Shown here one piece after another: positions 14,591 to 29,790 of a DNA stretch of 64,000 nt. Each line of letters starts with the position of its first letter. The stretch's first letter is position 1. Under the pieces are notes generated by a model. It had not been told where the DNA came from. It made no database searches and saw only the letters and a program-made list of their open reading frames with translations. Both the position numbers and the translations under genes were made by a program. This stretch comes from Eledone cirrhosa (Eukaryota), in NCBI GenBank assembly GCA_964016885.1, contig OZ024740.1:399838001-399902000 (forward strand), in the 5' to 3' direction.

Positions 14591-15550
14591 AAAGGGGGCC
14601 AGAGGTCTAGGAGATTCGAGACCAATACACATACCACCGGGAGCCCAGGAAGCACACCTGGTAGAACCCGTAATAATCTAGATGAAGGGAGGGTAAGCAG
14701 CATAGGGGATAAGAAACGCAGTGGAAGGAATAGAAGACGTGATAGCACCTTCTTTAACCCACCCTTCAACTCTAATATTATTACAGACCTCCCCAAATCT
14801 TTTTTCTCTTTAATAGATAGGAACTTCCCCCCAGGTAGTAGGTACGGTAGTGTCATCAATAAGAATACTATCAAACTATCGTACTCGACAACCCCTAATC
14901 TGGCCTCCCACCTAGCTAAGACCAATAAGAGTAAGATTAAAGAGGGACTTAAGGCTATCCGAAATAGTGAACTACGCCAGTACACACGACAACATGGGAC
15001 CGACCCACCGAGTGAAAGACCCAGGGGGATAACAGGCAATAGAACCGGTCCCTCTAGGCAGCTCCACGGCCGCTTGGAGGGACATGCACCCCTGACTGAG
15101 GAGCATGACCCTATTAGAAAGTGTAATTGCAGACGGAAGGACAAATGCCCACTAGCTGGACACTGCCTTATTAAGAACGTAGTATATGCTTGTAACGTAA
15201 CCACAGACACGTATACTAAGACGTATGTGGGGTCAACCGCTAACCAGTTCAAGACGAGATTCAACGCCCACCAGAATAGCTTCCGAAATGAGAAGCTTAA
15301 AAATACCACGTCGTTAGCGGGACACATACATAACTTAAAACAAGCAAAAACCCCCTACACACTAAGCTGGAGATGCCTTACTAAAGCTCCTCCATATAGC
15401 TCGTTGGGCAGGTTTTGTAGCCTGTGCCTAACTGAATCTCATGCCATAGTATTCTCAGGACTTAACTTGCTCAACAGGAGGTCAGAAATCTTCTCGTCCT
15501 GCCCCCATACTATACTTAGCTCTTTCTTTTTCTTCAGACCAGACACCTAA
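14591..15550 (+). CDS. PLE polyprotein C-terminal part: RT thumb/linker, Cys knuckle, GIY-YIG endonuclease (5'-truncated)
   Basis: Frame open upstream of the listed ORF: FFNPPF..IDRNFP..NTIKLSYS, then CNCRRKDKCPLAGHC, VVY..YVG, FKTRFNAH, CSLCLTE, SSCPH. Confidence 0.85.
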   Translation, partial: KGGQRSRRFETNTHTTGSPGSTPGRTRNNLDEGRVSSIGDKKRSGRNRRRDSTFFNPPFNSNIITDLPKSFFSLIDRNFPPGSRYGSVINKNTIKLSYSTTPNLASHLAKTNKSKIKEGLKAIRNSELRQYTRQHGTDPPSERPRGITGNRTGPSRQLHGRLEGHAPLTEEHDPIRKCNCRRKDKCPLAGHCLIKNVVYACNVTTDTYTKTYVGSTANQFKTRFNAHQNSFRNEKLKNTTSLAGHIHNLKQAKTPYTLSWRCLTKAPPYSSLGRFCSLCLTESHAIVFSGLNLLNRRSEIFSSCPHTILSSFFFFRPDT

Positions 15551-17116
15551 CCCTGACCCCACCCTTTCTCGCACATGGCTGCCCCGCTGGCGAATAGGGT
15601 GCTCTTGAGTAATCCCGGCCCCATTGATGCCTCGGCTCCCCACTTGCCGATGGGGACTCTAGTGAGGAACAGTCGACCTTGTGTCCCACTCGCCAACTCG
15701 GGATTGGTGGCAGCATTGTAGCTAGGCGCCCTGGGGCAGCTGATGCCTGCGGTGTGGGATATTGCGAGTGCCTGGACCCACGTTGACTGGTCTGAGGAGA
15801 TACCGTCGGAGATACATATCAACAAATTCGGGAATTTGCCCAAGGGAACAGTAGCAGAGCACCCAATGTGGCGGCCGTTCCCTGCCTATAACCAATCACC
15901 CCCCTCCCCTAGTAAACCCCCGCCCCAATAGATCCCCCTCCCCATTCTCTCCCATTCATTTCTTTTGAGTTAGTTCTTTATTAATAGTGATTTTTTTTTA
16001 GTTAGTTCTTTATTAATAAGGATTTTTTTGTATATTACCACGGTTGACATAATGGGCTTGGAGAGTTGACTCCCTTGATGTCTGACCACTTGATAAGCTC
16101 TTTGAATTGCTCCTTAATTAGATTACTTAAATTACTTTATCTGTTATACGTAAGTTGTATCTGTTGAAGCAGCCCTTTGAAAATTCCTCGGATCTCCCAA
16201 ATCCCGTACTTTTTAACTTTTAATTTGTAATTTTCCTCAATTCATTTATATATATTTTTAAAGGTTCTCTAAAATTTTAATTCTTTGAAGGGTCTTTGGG
16301 AAGAGGTTTTTATTAAAAATATTAAAGGGGCCTTTTCTGAGGGATTTTTTGAAGGCTTTTTGAATTAACCTTTAATTGATTAATTTCTTTCAACTATTTA
16401 TTTCTTAATTTTTAAAATTAAATTTAATGTTCAACCCCTTAATCATTAATTTTTAATCTTGGATATATAAGATTGCTTAATCTTAAATTCATTAAATTTT
16501 TTAATTTCTGGGTTTGGAACTCTTAAAATTCAAATCCTAACTTAAATCTTAATCTTTATATTATGGACTCCCTAAATCACTTTAGCTAATTTTTAATTTT
16601 TAATTTTTAATTTTTGAGTTTAGAACTTTCGTAGGGATTATTAAATCTACGTAAATTTTCTAAAATTTTTTAAGGGGATCTCTTAGAAAAAATTTTTTTT
16701 TTCTTTTGAAGGAATTTTTTAGGAAACTTTTTATTTTTTTTATTTATTTTTATTTTTTTTGTTTATTTTTTTTTATTCTCTTAATCTCTTCTGGTTTGTT
16801 ATGTTTATTGGGGCTTATAAGCTTTATGCGCTTATTGAGTGATTTTTTAAGGTGCTTTTACGAGATCCCAAGTCTTTTACTTTTAATGCGTAACTTATAA
16901 ATTCTTTAATTTTTAACCTTCAATCCCTAACTCTTAGGCCCTTTTCAAATTCTCTTAACTCCCTATAACCCATCCCTTTTACAACTCCTACAACTAATAT
17001 AAAAGAGCCCCCTTAGAATATAGACCCCATATATACAAGCTGAGCTGTTAATGTATACCACGATTTCAAACTGCTAATCTTGAGTGAAACGTTGATGTAA
17101 ATAATCACCTGTTATA

Positions 17117-17150
17117 TGCCTTGAAAAGTCGGACGAAACGGTTGTCGGCA
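17117..17150 (+). ncRNA. Hammerhead U3-A8 variant with collapsed stem II
   Basis: TGCC-TTGAAAA-GTCGGAC-GAAA-CGGTTG-TC-GGCA; stem II loop deleted relative to the 14047 copy. Confidence 0.6.
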
Positions 17151-17194
17151 ATAAACTTGTTATAATGTCATAATAGTTCCTTTGTTCTTTTTCA

Positions 17195-17232
<38 letters not shown>

Positions 17233-17286
17233 AAAGAAATCAAAGAACGCCTACTACAATTTTTATTTGCTGACAATGTTTCAATA

Positions 17287-18195
17287 TCTTTATATATATA
17301 AAACGGAAGATGTCTGTCTGTGTGTGTGTATGATTTTTATGCATTTCCACATTTCTCTACCGATCTTGATGATTTTTTTCCCAATGTGCTCCAAAATTTA
17401 CCAACGATGGTCAACGCGTAATAAACTTTGCCAAAAATGTCCTGCTTCTATGAAAAAAATCGATAAAACTAAATACATGCTGTAACCCTCTCTCTTACAC
17501 GCTTAATCCCTCTCTCTACTACCCTCAACAATCTATGAAACTACATGCATGTTGCAACTCTCTTTAAAAGTTCCTCCCTCTCTCTACTCCCCTCTCAATC
17601 TCCTCTGTAACTGTCTTTAAAAGGTTCATCCCTCCCTCTAGTCCCCTCTCAATCTCCTCTGCAACTCTATAAGGTTAATGCCTCCCTCTACTACCCTATC
17701 ACCATTACAGTTTACAAACGCGACATAAACTTTGAAAACTAAGCAACACATCAATTTATACAACAACAAACATAGATTTACTGTCTCTGTCGCTCTTCCC
17801 TCTCTCTCTATAATTTTACTTTACTCTCTTCATGCTTTGAGGTTTAACACACCTCCCTATAGTTTCTTAGCTTTACTCTCTCCGTCGCTCTTCTCTCTCT
17901 ATATAATAGATAATTCCCCCTTCTATAATTTAACTGCTTTACTCTCTTCATGCTTTGAGGTTTAACACACCTCCCTATAGTTTCTTTGCTTTACTCTATC
18001 CGTCGCTCTTCCCTCTATAATAGATCATTGCTCCTCTCTATAATTTAACTGCTTTACTCTCTCTGTCGCTCTTCACTCTCTATATGACAACACTGTTTTA
18101 CACACCTCCCTATAGTTTCTTAGCTTTACTCTCTCCGTCGCTCTTCACTCTCTCTATAATAGATTATACCCCCTCTCTATATTTTAACTGCTGGG
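17287..18195 (+). mobile_element. Non-autonomous Helitron/HINE-like fragment with internal ~118-bp tandem repeats
   Basis: 5' TCTTTATATATATAAAA..TGTCTGTCTGTG; tandem units ~17780-18190. Confidence 0.5.
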
Positions 18196-18453
18196 GAATC
18201 ATTGGAGTTCCGTACTGACATACGGCTTTTCTGGGTCATTTTAAATCGACTTATTGCAAATAACAACCAGCAAAATAACACTTCATATAACAGATTAATG
18301 CTATAGACATATGAATCGGAATATTTAAATTATTTATTTTTTACGACTTTAATAGGTTAAATATTAATATGACAACACCCATAGTGTTGTACTTCTGGCA
18401 ATAGATAGATAGATAGATGCGAGTAAAACCACAAACCCTCCATCTCAATTCTA

Positions 18454-18489
18454 CTTTTGAAAAGCATAAGAACTGTGAAACCGGTAAAG
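18454..18489 (+). ncRNA. Minimal hammerhead, U3-A8 variant
   Basis: CTT-TTGAAAA-GCA-taagaac-TGT-GAAA-CCGG-TA-AAG; palindromic ACCGGT; followed by AATAAA; downstream sequence recurs at 59540-59640. Confidence 0.6.
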
Positions 18490-18610
18490 GAAACAAATAA
18501 ATATTCTTAAAAAGACTCCAGTTGCATTTTCGATTTCATCATTTTTCCTTATATTTTCACTCGTGTAGGACGTCTCGTTTTTCTTTCATTTTGAAAAAAC
18601 CCCTCATTTT

Positions 18611-18678
<68 letters not shown>

Positions 18679-18723
18679 ATATATATATATATATTTTATA
18701 TATATATATTTTATATATATATA

Positions 18724-18843
<120 letters not shown>

Positions 18844-18978
18844 ATACTTGGGGAGGGTTATATTTGTGTAATAATATTGCCAGAATTAATAACAGAACAC
18901 ACTCACTGTTTAGTTGGTTTTCGCTTCTTTGTCTTTTATATCGGTTAATTTAATTTATTTATCAAAAACCTCGCAAAA

Positions 18979-19024
<46 letters not shown>

Positions 19025-19051
19025 AATGTAATCTGAGTTTTTCGATTATTA

Positions 19052-19235
19052 ATAATAATTGTTTCTACTATTGGCACAAGGGCAGCAAATCACCCAGTGC
19101 ATTACTGGTATTTTATTTTATCGACTCCGTAAGGATGAAAGGTAAAAGTTAACCTCGGCGGGATTTGAACTCAGATCGTAAAGGGACGTAACTCTATGCT
19201 TCAAAGCATGGCGTCCGACCCTCTACCGATACTAA
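19052..19235 (-). mobile_element. SINE inserted in left arm of a foldback (19020-19450)
   Basis: Reverse complement of the SINE core. Confidence 0.8.
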
Positions 19236-19446
19236 TAATATTCGATAATAATATTCGATTCATTTTCAATTATGCAAAGAAGCCTCATTTTTAAAGCCAG
19301 GTCAGCTGCATTCCTGTTTACATGCCAACACAAGAGCAAGAATGAAGTGGTCATTCTACTGACATGGCTTTAAAAATCAGGCTTGTTTGCATAATTGCAA
19401 ACGAATCGAATATTATTATTAATATTCGAAAAGCTCAGATTACATT

Positions 19447-19536
<90 letters not shown>

Positions 19537-19563
19537 ATGTAATAAACAACATAAGGCAATTAT

Positions 19564-19621
19564 TCCATTTACCAGTGGTTTCTTAAAAGCAAAAGGTTTT
19601 GCTTTCAATCCTCAGAATGAA
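19564..19621 (-). ncRNA. Type I hammerhead ribozyme
   Basis: Minus strand CATT-CTGAGGA-TTGAAAGCAAAA-cc-TTTTGCTTTTAA-GAAA-CCACTGG-TA-AATG. Confidence 0.85.
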
Positions 19622-19914
19622 AAAATCCTGGTTTGTTTATTGAATTTGGATCTTAAAAACAAAAAAAGCAAGCTATATGAAAGTGAGGCTGGAGAAGGAA
19701 GAAGGAAAGGAAAAATAAAAATAAAATAAGACTACCCATACAACCACACATACACCAAAAAAAAAAAACACACACACACACACACACATACACACACGCG
19801 CATACACACACACGTTATTCCGGGTTGAATCGGAGGCAGCCACAGTAAGCAAGGCAGTACACGACAGAGCATGAAGGTTATAATACAGATGAGAATCTGT
19901 GTATGTATACAAAC

Positions 19915-19987
<73 letters not shown>

Positions 19988-20384
19988 TGTGTATGCGCGC
20001 ACGCACGCACGCGTATACAAATATAAATATATTTCCCCCATACACATGTGTGTGCGTGCATGCGCGCATACGCGCAGGGTATGTTCTGTTGAAAGTGTCT
20101 CGTGAATGTATGGCTACAGTTGTATAGATTATACTTAGAAATTGTCTACAGAATTCCCTAAACCTTCGTCAATTTACTAGAACCTTTAAGAATTTAGCTT
20201 TTAAGGAATCTCCCCTTCCTCCAAAACTATCTACCATGACTGACCCCATACTGATCTTACAGACACCTGTAAGCTAAAGAGAAAGCTAATGATAAGGATT
20301 GGCTCCAATCTGAATACAGAAATCTGTCTGCCTTTGTTCCTCTAAGAACAAACATATACAAACATTCACACACACACACACACA

Positions 20385-20452
<68 letters not shown>

Positions 20453-20669
20453 TATCTACACACACACGCATACATATATATATATACACACACACACACA
20501 TACACACACAGAAATACACACACACACATGCATATATACATACACATACACACACACACACACATATACACACGCATATATATACACATATATATATATA
20601 CATGTATGCGCGTGTGTACACGCATACACATACGTACACATAGCCATACCCACACACATATATATATAT

Positions 20670-20730
<61 letters not shown>

Positions 20731-21331
20731 CATACATTCACACAATCAAGCATATATACACACGTACATGCATACACATACATAAATGCACTCCTCTACA
20801 TATTCACACACGCAAATAAATATAAGAAAAAATATATATATATATATTATAAAAATATTGAGACCGTTACATAAGGCAGCAAACTGGACAGACAAGCGTG
20901 GTAAGAAATACACACAAAAGCACATATACATACGCACGAAATAGTCAACGCATTCACACACTCTCACACATAAAAAAAATTTCAAATACAAATACATAAC
21001 CGCATACATACGCATACATGCATAACCACGCACAAGTGTACAATCTATACACCCACACATGTGTATACAACTATATGCACACACACACATATATGCATAC
21101 ATAAACACACATATATATACATAAATACAAACGTACACACACACATATATATACACGTACACATACACACACATATACATACATAGCTAAACAATTATAC
21201 ACATACAAATACGTATATATCATAAACACGCACAACAGAACACAAACACACACACACATATATACACACACACACACACACATACAATTATCAATATATA
21301 CACACGCACATATGTACACACACACATATAT

Positions 21332-21364
<33 letters not shown>

Positions 21365-21728
21365 CATATACATGCATATACACATATACACACATACACA
21401 ACCACGCACACACACATGCATGCGCATACACACACGTATATGTGTGTGTGTATGTAAAATCAATCTTAGATAAATCATAAGGACCTTACATATACGTATA
21501 TATAGTAGTAAAGTATTAAAGCAACATACGGCAATTATTCCATTTACCAAGGGTTTCTTAAAAGCAAAAACATTTTCCTACAATCTTCTGGATGAGAGAA
21601 ACCTGGCTTATCCACACATACACATATATACACACACACACAAATACATACATATATAAATACATACACACAGGCACACACACACATACGTATAAACATA
21701 TATACATACACACATACACACACATATC

Positions 21729-21792
<64 letters not shown>

Positions 21793-22005
21793 TACACACA
21801 AATATACACACACATACACATAGGTATGTGGAGGGCAAGGCAAAAAGGATATATGTGGGGGGGGGGGGGGGGGGCATAGGAGAAGGTAAAATATAAGGGG
21901 AGGTAAGGGAGAAAAAAATATATAATAAATGTAAGTATACAAGAGTACAGAACGTAGAAACAGTAAAATAAAAACCGTAGCAGAAGTAAAGAGCGGGAAT
22001 GGAGT

Positions 22006-23216
22006 TCAAGGCGGTTGATTTCTCATAGGAGTCTCAATCCAGTTACAGATCAGGTGCGGTCTCAGATGAGGACAGCATCTGAAGATCTCAGTCTTTGAAT
22101 TAAGGCAAGCGGAAGTGTCTCTCAAGTTTAGCAAAATCCTATACTTTTCTGTGGTACACAAAGAACAATTCTTTGTGCCCCTTTGGTACTCCCTCGAATG
22201 GTCTAATATAGACCAATCAATAGAGTACGGGATGTTACTATCCTTGAGTTCCCACACCTTACTTGCGAGGGCCGTTGATGTTCGTTTATCGGAGTGCTTA
22301 AAAGAAGCGACATGTGAGTAAAATCTGGTTTTAAACCTGTCCTGGGTCATACCGACATATCGCTCACTCCTGGCTGGCTGGTTGTTGATTACTGGTGTTA
22401 TCGTAGCCTCATAAACGACAGATTTAGTGTTACATCTACCCTGCAATGGGCATTCGTCCGGCTTCCTGCAACTGCATCCTGGATTTATTCTCGTCCGGTT
22501 TGAGCTGGTGATTTTGGACTTCATAGATGGGCAACAAGAGTAGCTGATCTTGACTACGTTCCTATTAAATATCTTATAGTATCTATGATTAGGAGGAAAA
22601 TGTTTGTCTAATAGTTCAAGGAATTTCCTTCCTACATTAGTTTTGACAGTTAGAGAGAAGGGGGGTGTGAACCAAATAATCTTCCTTTTCCTGTTATTGT
22701 GGTTAGTTTTAGGGGGGGGGGAGTAGGTAAATAAGAAATTTTTTATGTAAAACCGCTGTTCTTAAGGGCTTTATTATAATAAGGGACGGATTTATTAAAA
22801 ATGTCTATAGACGAAGATAAGGTAGAAATCCTACGGCTAATGTTAGGAATAAGATTATTAAAAACTATAGGGGGATGGCAAGACTCTTTGTGTATATACC
22901 TAAGATTTTCGTTAGGTTTATGGTAGGGTTTAAAAGAGGCAGTAAGTAAATCAAGATTAATATCAAGAAAGTTAGCATTAGTAAGGTTCGTATCTATAGT
23001 AATTTTAAGGTTAAGATTAGCAAAAGTATTGATTAAATCTTTACGGAATTTATCAAGGTCATGGCCGTTGGTGGTATGAGAAACTGCTAATCCGTCATCA
23101 CGGTATAAACCGATATTATGGGACGGAAATTTCTCTTTGAGGGTGTGGAGAAGGAACAATCCAACTAAGTCACACACATCCGCACTGTCATATGAACCCA
23201 TTGCGACATCAAAAGT
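22006..23216 (-). pseudogene. PLE reverse transcriptase + GIY-YIG endonuclease, truncated and frameshifted
   Basis: MGSYDSADVCDLVG, IGLYRDDGL, NFLDINLDL, SCHPP; break near homopolymers ~22700-22745; IIWFTPPFS..KISYSC, CSCRKPDECPLQGRC, VVY..YVG, CSLCTTEK. Confidence 0.9.
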
Positions 23217-23592
23217 GTTTGTATATGTTTGTTCTTAGAGGAACAAAGGCAGACAGATTTCTGTATTCAGATTGGAGCCAATCCTTATCATTAGCTTTCT
23301 CTTTAGCTTACAGGTGTCTGTAAGATCAGTATGGGGTCAGTCACGGTAGATAGTTTTGGAGGAAGGGGAGATTCCTTAAAAGCTAAATTCTTAAAGGTTC
23401 TAGTAAATTGACGAAGGTTTAGGGAATTCTGTAGACAATTTCTAAGTATAATCTATACAACTGTAGCCATAAATTCACGAGACACTTTCAACAGAACATA
23501 CCCTGCGCGTATGCGCGCATGCACGCACACACATGTGTATGGGGGAAATATATTTATATTTGTATACGCGTGCGTGCGTGCGCGCATACACA

Positions 23593-23673
<81 letters not shown>

Positions 23674-23790
23674 TTGTATACATACACAGATTCTCATCTG
23701 TATTATAACCTTCATGCTCTGCGGTGTACTGAGTGCCTTGCTTACTGTGGCTGCCTCCGATTCAACCCGGAATAACGTGTGTGTGTATGC

Positions 23791-23850
<60 letters not shown>

Positions 23851-23988
23851 TTTCGTGTATGTGTGGTTGTATGGGTAGTCTTATTTTATTTTTATTTTTC
23901 CTTTCCTTCTTCCTTCTCCAGCCTCACTTTCATATAGCTTGCTTTTTTTGTTTTTAAGATCCAAATTCAATAAACAAACCAGGATTTT

Positions 23989-24046
23989 TTCATTCTGAGG
24001 ATTGAAAGCAAAACCTTTTGCTTTTAAGAAACCACTGGTAAATGGA
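23989..24046 (+). ncRNA. Type I hammerhead ribozyme
   Basis: Inverted twin of 19564-19621. Confidence 0.85.
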
Positions 24047-24147
24047 ATAATTGCCTTATGTTGTTTATTACATAATAATAATTAAGCTCTGTTGCTTACA
24101 TAGAGCACTCTTTTTTCCTGGACTTTTCCGACGGAATTACTTCATTT

Positions 24148-25293
<1,146 letters not shown>

Positions 25294-25424
25294 TAGAGAG
25301 AGAGAGAGAGAGAGATAGATATAGATATACACATACACACACTACACACATATATATATACACACACACTCAAAAATATATTCCCGCCCAAGGCCTTCAG
25401 TTCCCGATCGAATTATAGGGAGAG

Positions 25425-25483
<59 letters not shown>

Positions 25484-25507
25484 TGAGAGAGGGAGAAAGA
25501 GAGTGAA

Positions 25508-25542
<35 letters not shown>

Positions 25543-25855
25543 TATAAAAAGAGAAAGAGAAAGATTATAAAAATGACCTAATACTTGACTGGACTGGTGT
25601 GTAGCATATTACATTGTATCTTTTATTACTCAACATTTGTTTAACTCAATGTTTCAAGTATTTATCATTCTTCCTTAACATGTATTGTTTTAAGAATGGT
25701 GTGTTAGTGGTCTAATCGTGTATCATCTTGTCGGCTTCTTGTCTTATGAGTGAGATATGACCGTTGTTTATGTTTGGTGACCTGTGATGCCATAGTCGGC
25801 TGACCAATGTTGTCTCTGTTCAATCGCTCACACTTTCATACGTATATCTCACACA

Positions 25856-25944
<89 letters not shown>

Positions 25945-26602
25945 AGTAAATATAAATTAATATATATATATTTCACTGTAAAGGAATGCTTGAGTTTTGA
26001 ACTCAATACACTTAATATATATATATATAAATATATATATATACCAGATATAATCCTGGTAAGAGTGTACGCATTTCTTCTAACTTTAATTTTATACCTA
26101 ATTGTGTATGGTTGACGGTATATTTAGTCGATTTCCACGTGCTGTTGAAATGTTGGGTAAATATTCTATGGCGGTCGGCCGCGAAGAGATTGCTGTCGTT
26201 TATTTATTTACTGTTTCTTCATATGTGCCTTTTAATCTTATAGCCTGGTCTAATTGATTTTTTGTGTGGTTAATTATGCTAATTGGGAGAGGAAATGATG
26301 TATATATATAATCAAATGATTCTATGGACATACTTTATATATATATATATATATATTCGCCGATCCGTGTGCAACGATTTCTGCACTGTAAAAGTACATC
26401 ATCACTGTGAGATTGATACGGCTTATCAAGAGACCCCTTAGAAAAGGACTGTTTTTTGACGCCTTCATAGCAACTGAGAAAGTCTCATAGGCGGAGGGAG
26501 AGATTAACACGTGATACAGTGCTAAAAAAAGGGACTGGTCCTTTCGTAGCAAGTGAGAATTTCTCGAGAGGCGGGGAGAGAGATAAACACATAATACAGT
26601 CG

Positions 26603-26713
<111 letters not shown>

Positions 26714-26830
26714 AGTCCCGAGTTCAATCAGGGGTGATCACAATTTGTAAGGTACTCAAATTTGAATAAGTTTAAATATTTGGAAGCCCGACAACTTGTG
26801 CGGTAATTCGAAGGTAATCACCAGGAAAGC

Positions 26831-26877
26831 TTTCCTGGTGATTTCCATAAAATGAAAGAGTTCTAGTCCTGTAGAAA
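26831..26877 (+). ncRNA. Degenerate hammerhead (CTGGTGA)
   Basis: Homologous to 50503-50547. Confidence 0.45.
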
Positions 26878-26983
26878 CCATTTCTATATTAAATTTTGTT
26901 GTATATACTCTACTAATGTATTGAGCACCTTAATTACTGTAGTTAGCCTCGATTGAACCCGTGACTCATATATATATTACTTT

Positions 26984-27027
<44 letters not shown>

Positions 27028-29790
27028 CACAGTATATATATTGATACCAACCTCCCTACTTTATCTATCTGTCTATCTATCTATCTATCTATCTTTACAT
27101 ATATCTGTCTGTTTATCTATCTATTTATCTGGCCATCTTAGTATATATAGACGAGGGAATTCCTGCATACATATTATTACACAGAATAACTGTTCCACGT
27201 AATGCAATCGACTCACATGCGTGTCGCTCTCTTCTCTCACTCTCTTCCAATATTTCCTAGACATACCTTTCCCAATATAACAAATCTTTCTGTGCACCCT
27301 CTATCATTCTCCACAATCTCTGTCTTACAGATAGCTACTCAGTGACACTCATGTATACGTTCTCAGTCACACGACCACATACGTCATATATTCCTCATAT
27401 ACCGAGTCGTTCACACAACAAAATGTACCTCACTTGGTTTACGTATTTTACATAAGTCATAAAAAATCTTACAAGTTGACAACACTTATAGCAACGTTGA
27501 TAATAGCAACATAAACACCACCACCAACAGTCACCACAACAATAATAACTATATCAACAACGATGATGATGAGAATGACGACGAGAAAAACGATAACAAT
27601 AACCACAGAAACAATAACAATGATGTCTCTATGGGAACCGATTGTCGTCTTGAAAAGTATTTCGAGTTAACCACTTCATTATCAACTGTTTAAAGACGTC
27701 TGATTCTTTCTGCTACGCTAATTTCTCCTGTCATCCGACTAATGATATCCTGGACATAATCTATTATCGCTCTAATTGCCCTAGTCATTGTTTCATCCGT
27801 CTCCTTATCTTTCCTCTCTCCCTAACAGACAGAAGCGAGTTTTGCACATAAATTTACATGCGCACGCATGCATCTTATTACTTTTCACGCATGAACGCAA
27901 ACTGATAGACTGACTTCGCTGCCATTTCCACTGCAGCGTTCCTACTTTCCTTCAATACTGCGACTGTCATCCTAATCACTCTCTTTCCATTGTATTTTGA
28001 GTCTCTTTATAACACTATGCCTCTTCATTATGTCAAACCACTTTATATTTACACTATCTTTCCATTTTATTACCTGTCTCTTACTCACATCTAAATCTCC
28101 GTGACACACCAAGTAACCCCCATTACAATATCTGTCACCGTACTATGTTTCGATTTTTCATTACACTATGTCCAGTTCTTTTCTCACAAATTATACCTCA
28201 ATTTCACCAACAATTCTCCGTCTCTTCGATTGATCAGTCCTCTGATTCTTTAATTACATTTCTCCTCTCTCTGTCATATTTTCATTCTGTTCTCTCTGAA
28301 ATTAGTCTGTGGATTTATTGTTCTTTTTCGATCCCAAATCGGTGATTACCCAGGAATAACATTCAATGTTATTTATATTAATATCGTAACCTTTTATTTA
28401 TAAATTATTCTTATCATTTAATATCAGTAGAATATTGATATATCGTAGAGCTAAGTTGATACTGAGATCTAACCAATTAGCCGAAATGCTATATTGATCT
28501 ACCTTTGAGTATAATTTTTTGAGAAAGAAAAGAAGCAAAACTTGTGTGTAAACTGGTCATAGGCTCCCTGCTGAATAGATTATAAGCAATTCATACATAC
28601 GTACATACGTATTCACAGATAACAATGAATTTTCGACAATTTGATGTATAGAAAGGTTCAATGTATAATATTGTTTTTATAAAAATCTTAGTCTTTCCCA
28701 TCCAAATCAGGTAAGCTACCACACTGGTCGTTAGCGAGATAAACTTGACAGTAGTGCACACCGTGTTTATGCCCCGTTACAACATACTATTTTGTAAATG
28801 GCAGAACACATTGAATGATGTCATTCAACATATCTGATGTGGACCTAAACAGCAACAGCAACAACAGCAACAACAGCAACAACAACGACAACCGTATGTA
28901 TTTAACGTAGCATTTACCCACCATTATAACGTTTGTATAGAAAGTAAAAGATGCATTTGTTCGTAACTAGATCTGGAATTGCACTGTCTTTGCTGACCGC
29001 TTTGCAGTTCACTATATTTTTTGTACAAAACAAAACTCTTTCTCCACTTCATTTGTCTCAACACCACCGTACCCGCGATAATTCTCTGTGTATGGATATC
29101 TACTCTGACATATGGAAATAAATGAGGTTATCGTCTGCTACCAAGGAAGAAAACAATTGATCTATTACACTTATATATAAAATTTCCAAATTTCAAACAA
29201 GTTAAAGAGAAAGCCTCTATGCGGTTACTCAACTTGCTAAAAAATATCAGACAAATTTTCTCAAATTCACATCCTACCATATTAGAAAAGTATGTCACCC
29301 TGAATTCACTACACACCAAAAACACTTGAAGTTGACGGTTTCCACATACCACGTATCGTACCTTAGTTCTATCGTAGTTGACCTAGGGTTAATAAAACTA
29401 GTTAGATTGAAGCTAAAGAGAGATGCGAGCTGAGAGAAGCTCAACAATACAGTTACTCGATCTGCTAGAACCTGCAGATAAATCACAGCAAATCATACTA
29501 TACTTCTCTGTAAAAGAAGAATGTCTCCCGAATAAAAGAAGATGGGATTACGGGTTGTGAAGGCTGGAGCATGTTTTATCTGGTTGATTAGAGATAACCT
29601 GGGGATAAACAACAACAACAAGAACATGATACTTACCATTCTTCAAGATTACGTATTACAATTTAATGGAGGATATGAAAAACAAAATATACATTCATTA
29701 ATTAGATGACAAAAACAACACTAAAAGAACGGACGTCGACTACTACAAAGTAGAAGGAGATAACATTATTAATGATTTATTTATAGAGAA

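Larger units (their letters stand above)
13996..17201 (+). mobile_element. 5'-truncated Penelope-like element (Naiad-type) with inverted 5' pLTR
   Basis: 13996-14594 is the reverse complement of 16703-17201; encloses thumb/ZnK/GIY-YIG frame; HHR in each pLTR. Confidence 0.9.
19530..24078 (-). mobile_element. 5'-truncated Penelope-like element (Naiad-type) with inverted pLTRs
   Basis: 19530-20364 is the reverse complement of 23216-24078; RT+EN between them; HHR in both pLTRs. Confidence 0.9.

Noticed and set aside
14575-15327. 250-aa minus-strand ORF
   Set aside because: Antisense shadow of the PLE coding frame
15550-15620. GGCGAAT resembling HDV ribozyme J4/2
   Set aside because: Could not build P1/P3/P1.1 pairings
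21538-21600. Additional hammerhead-like copy of the 19564 family
   Set aside because: Core CAGAAGA and stems too decayed to call
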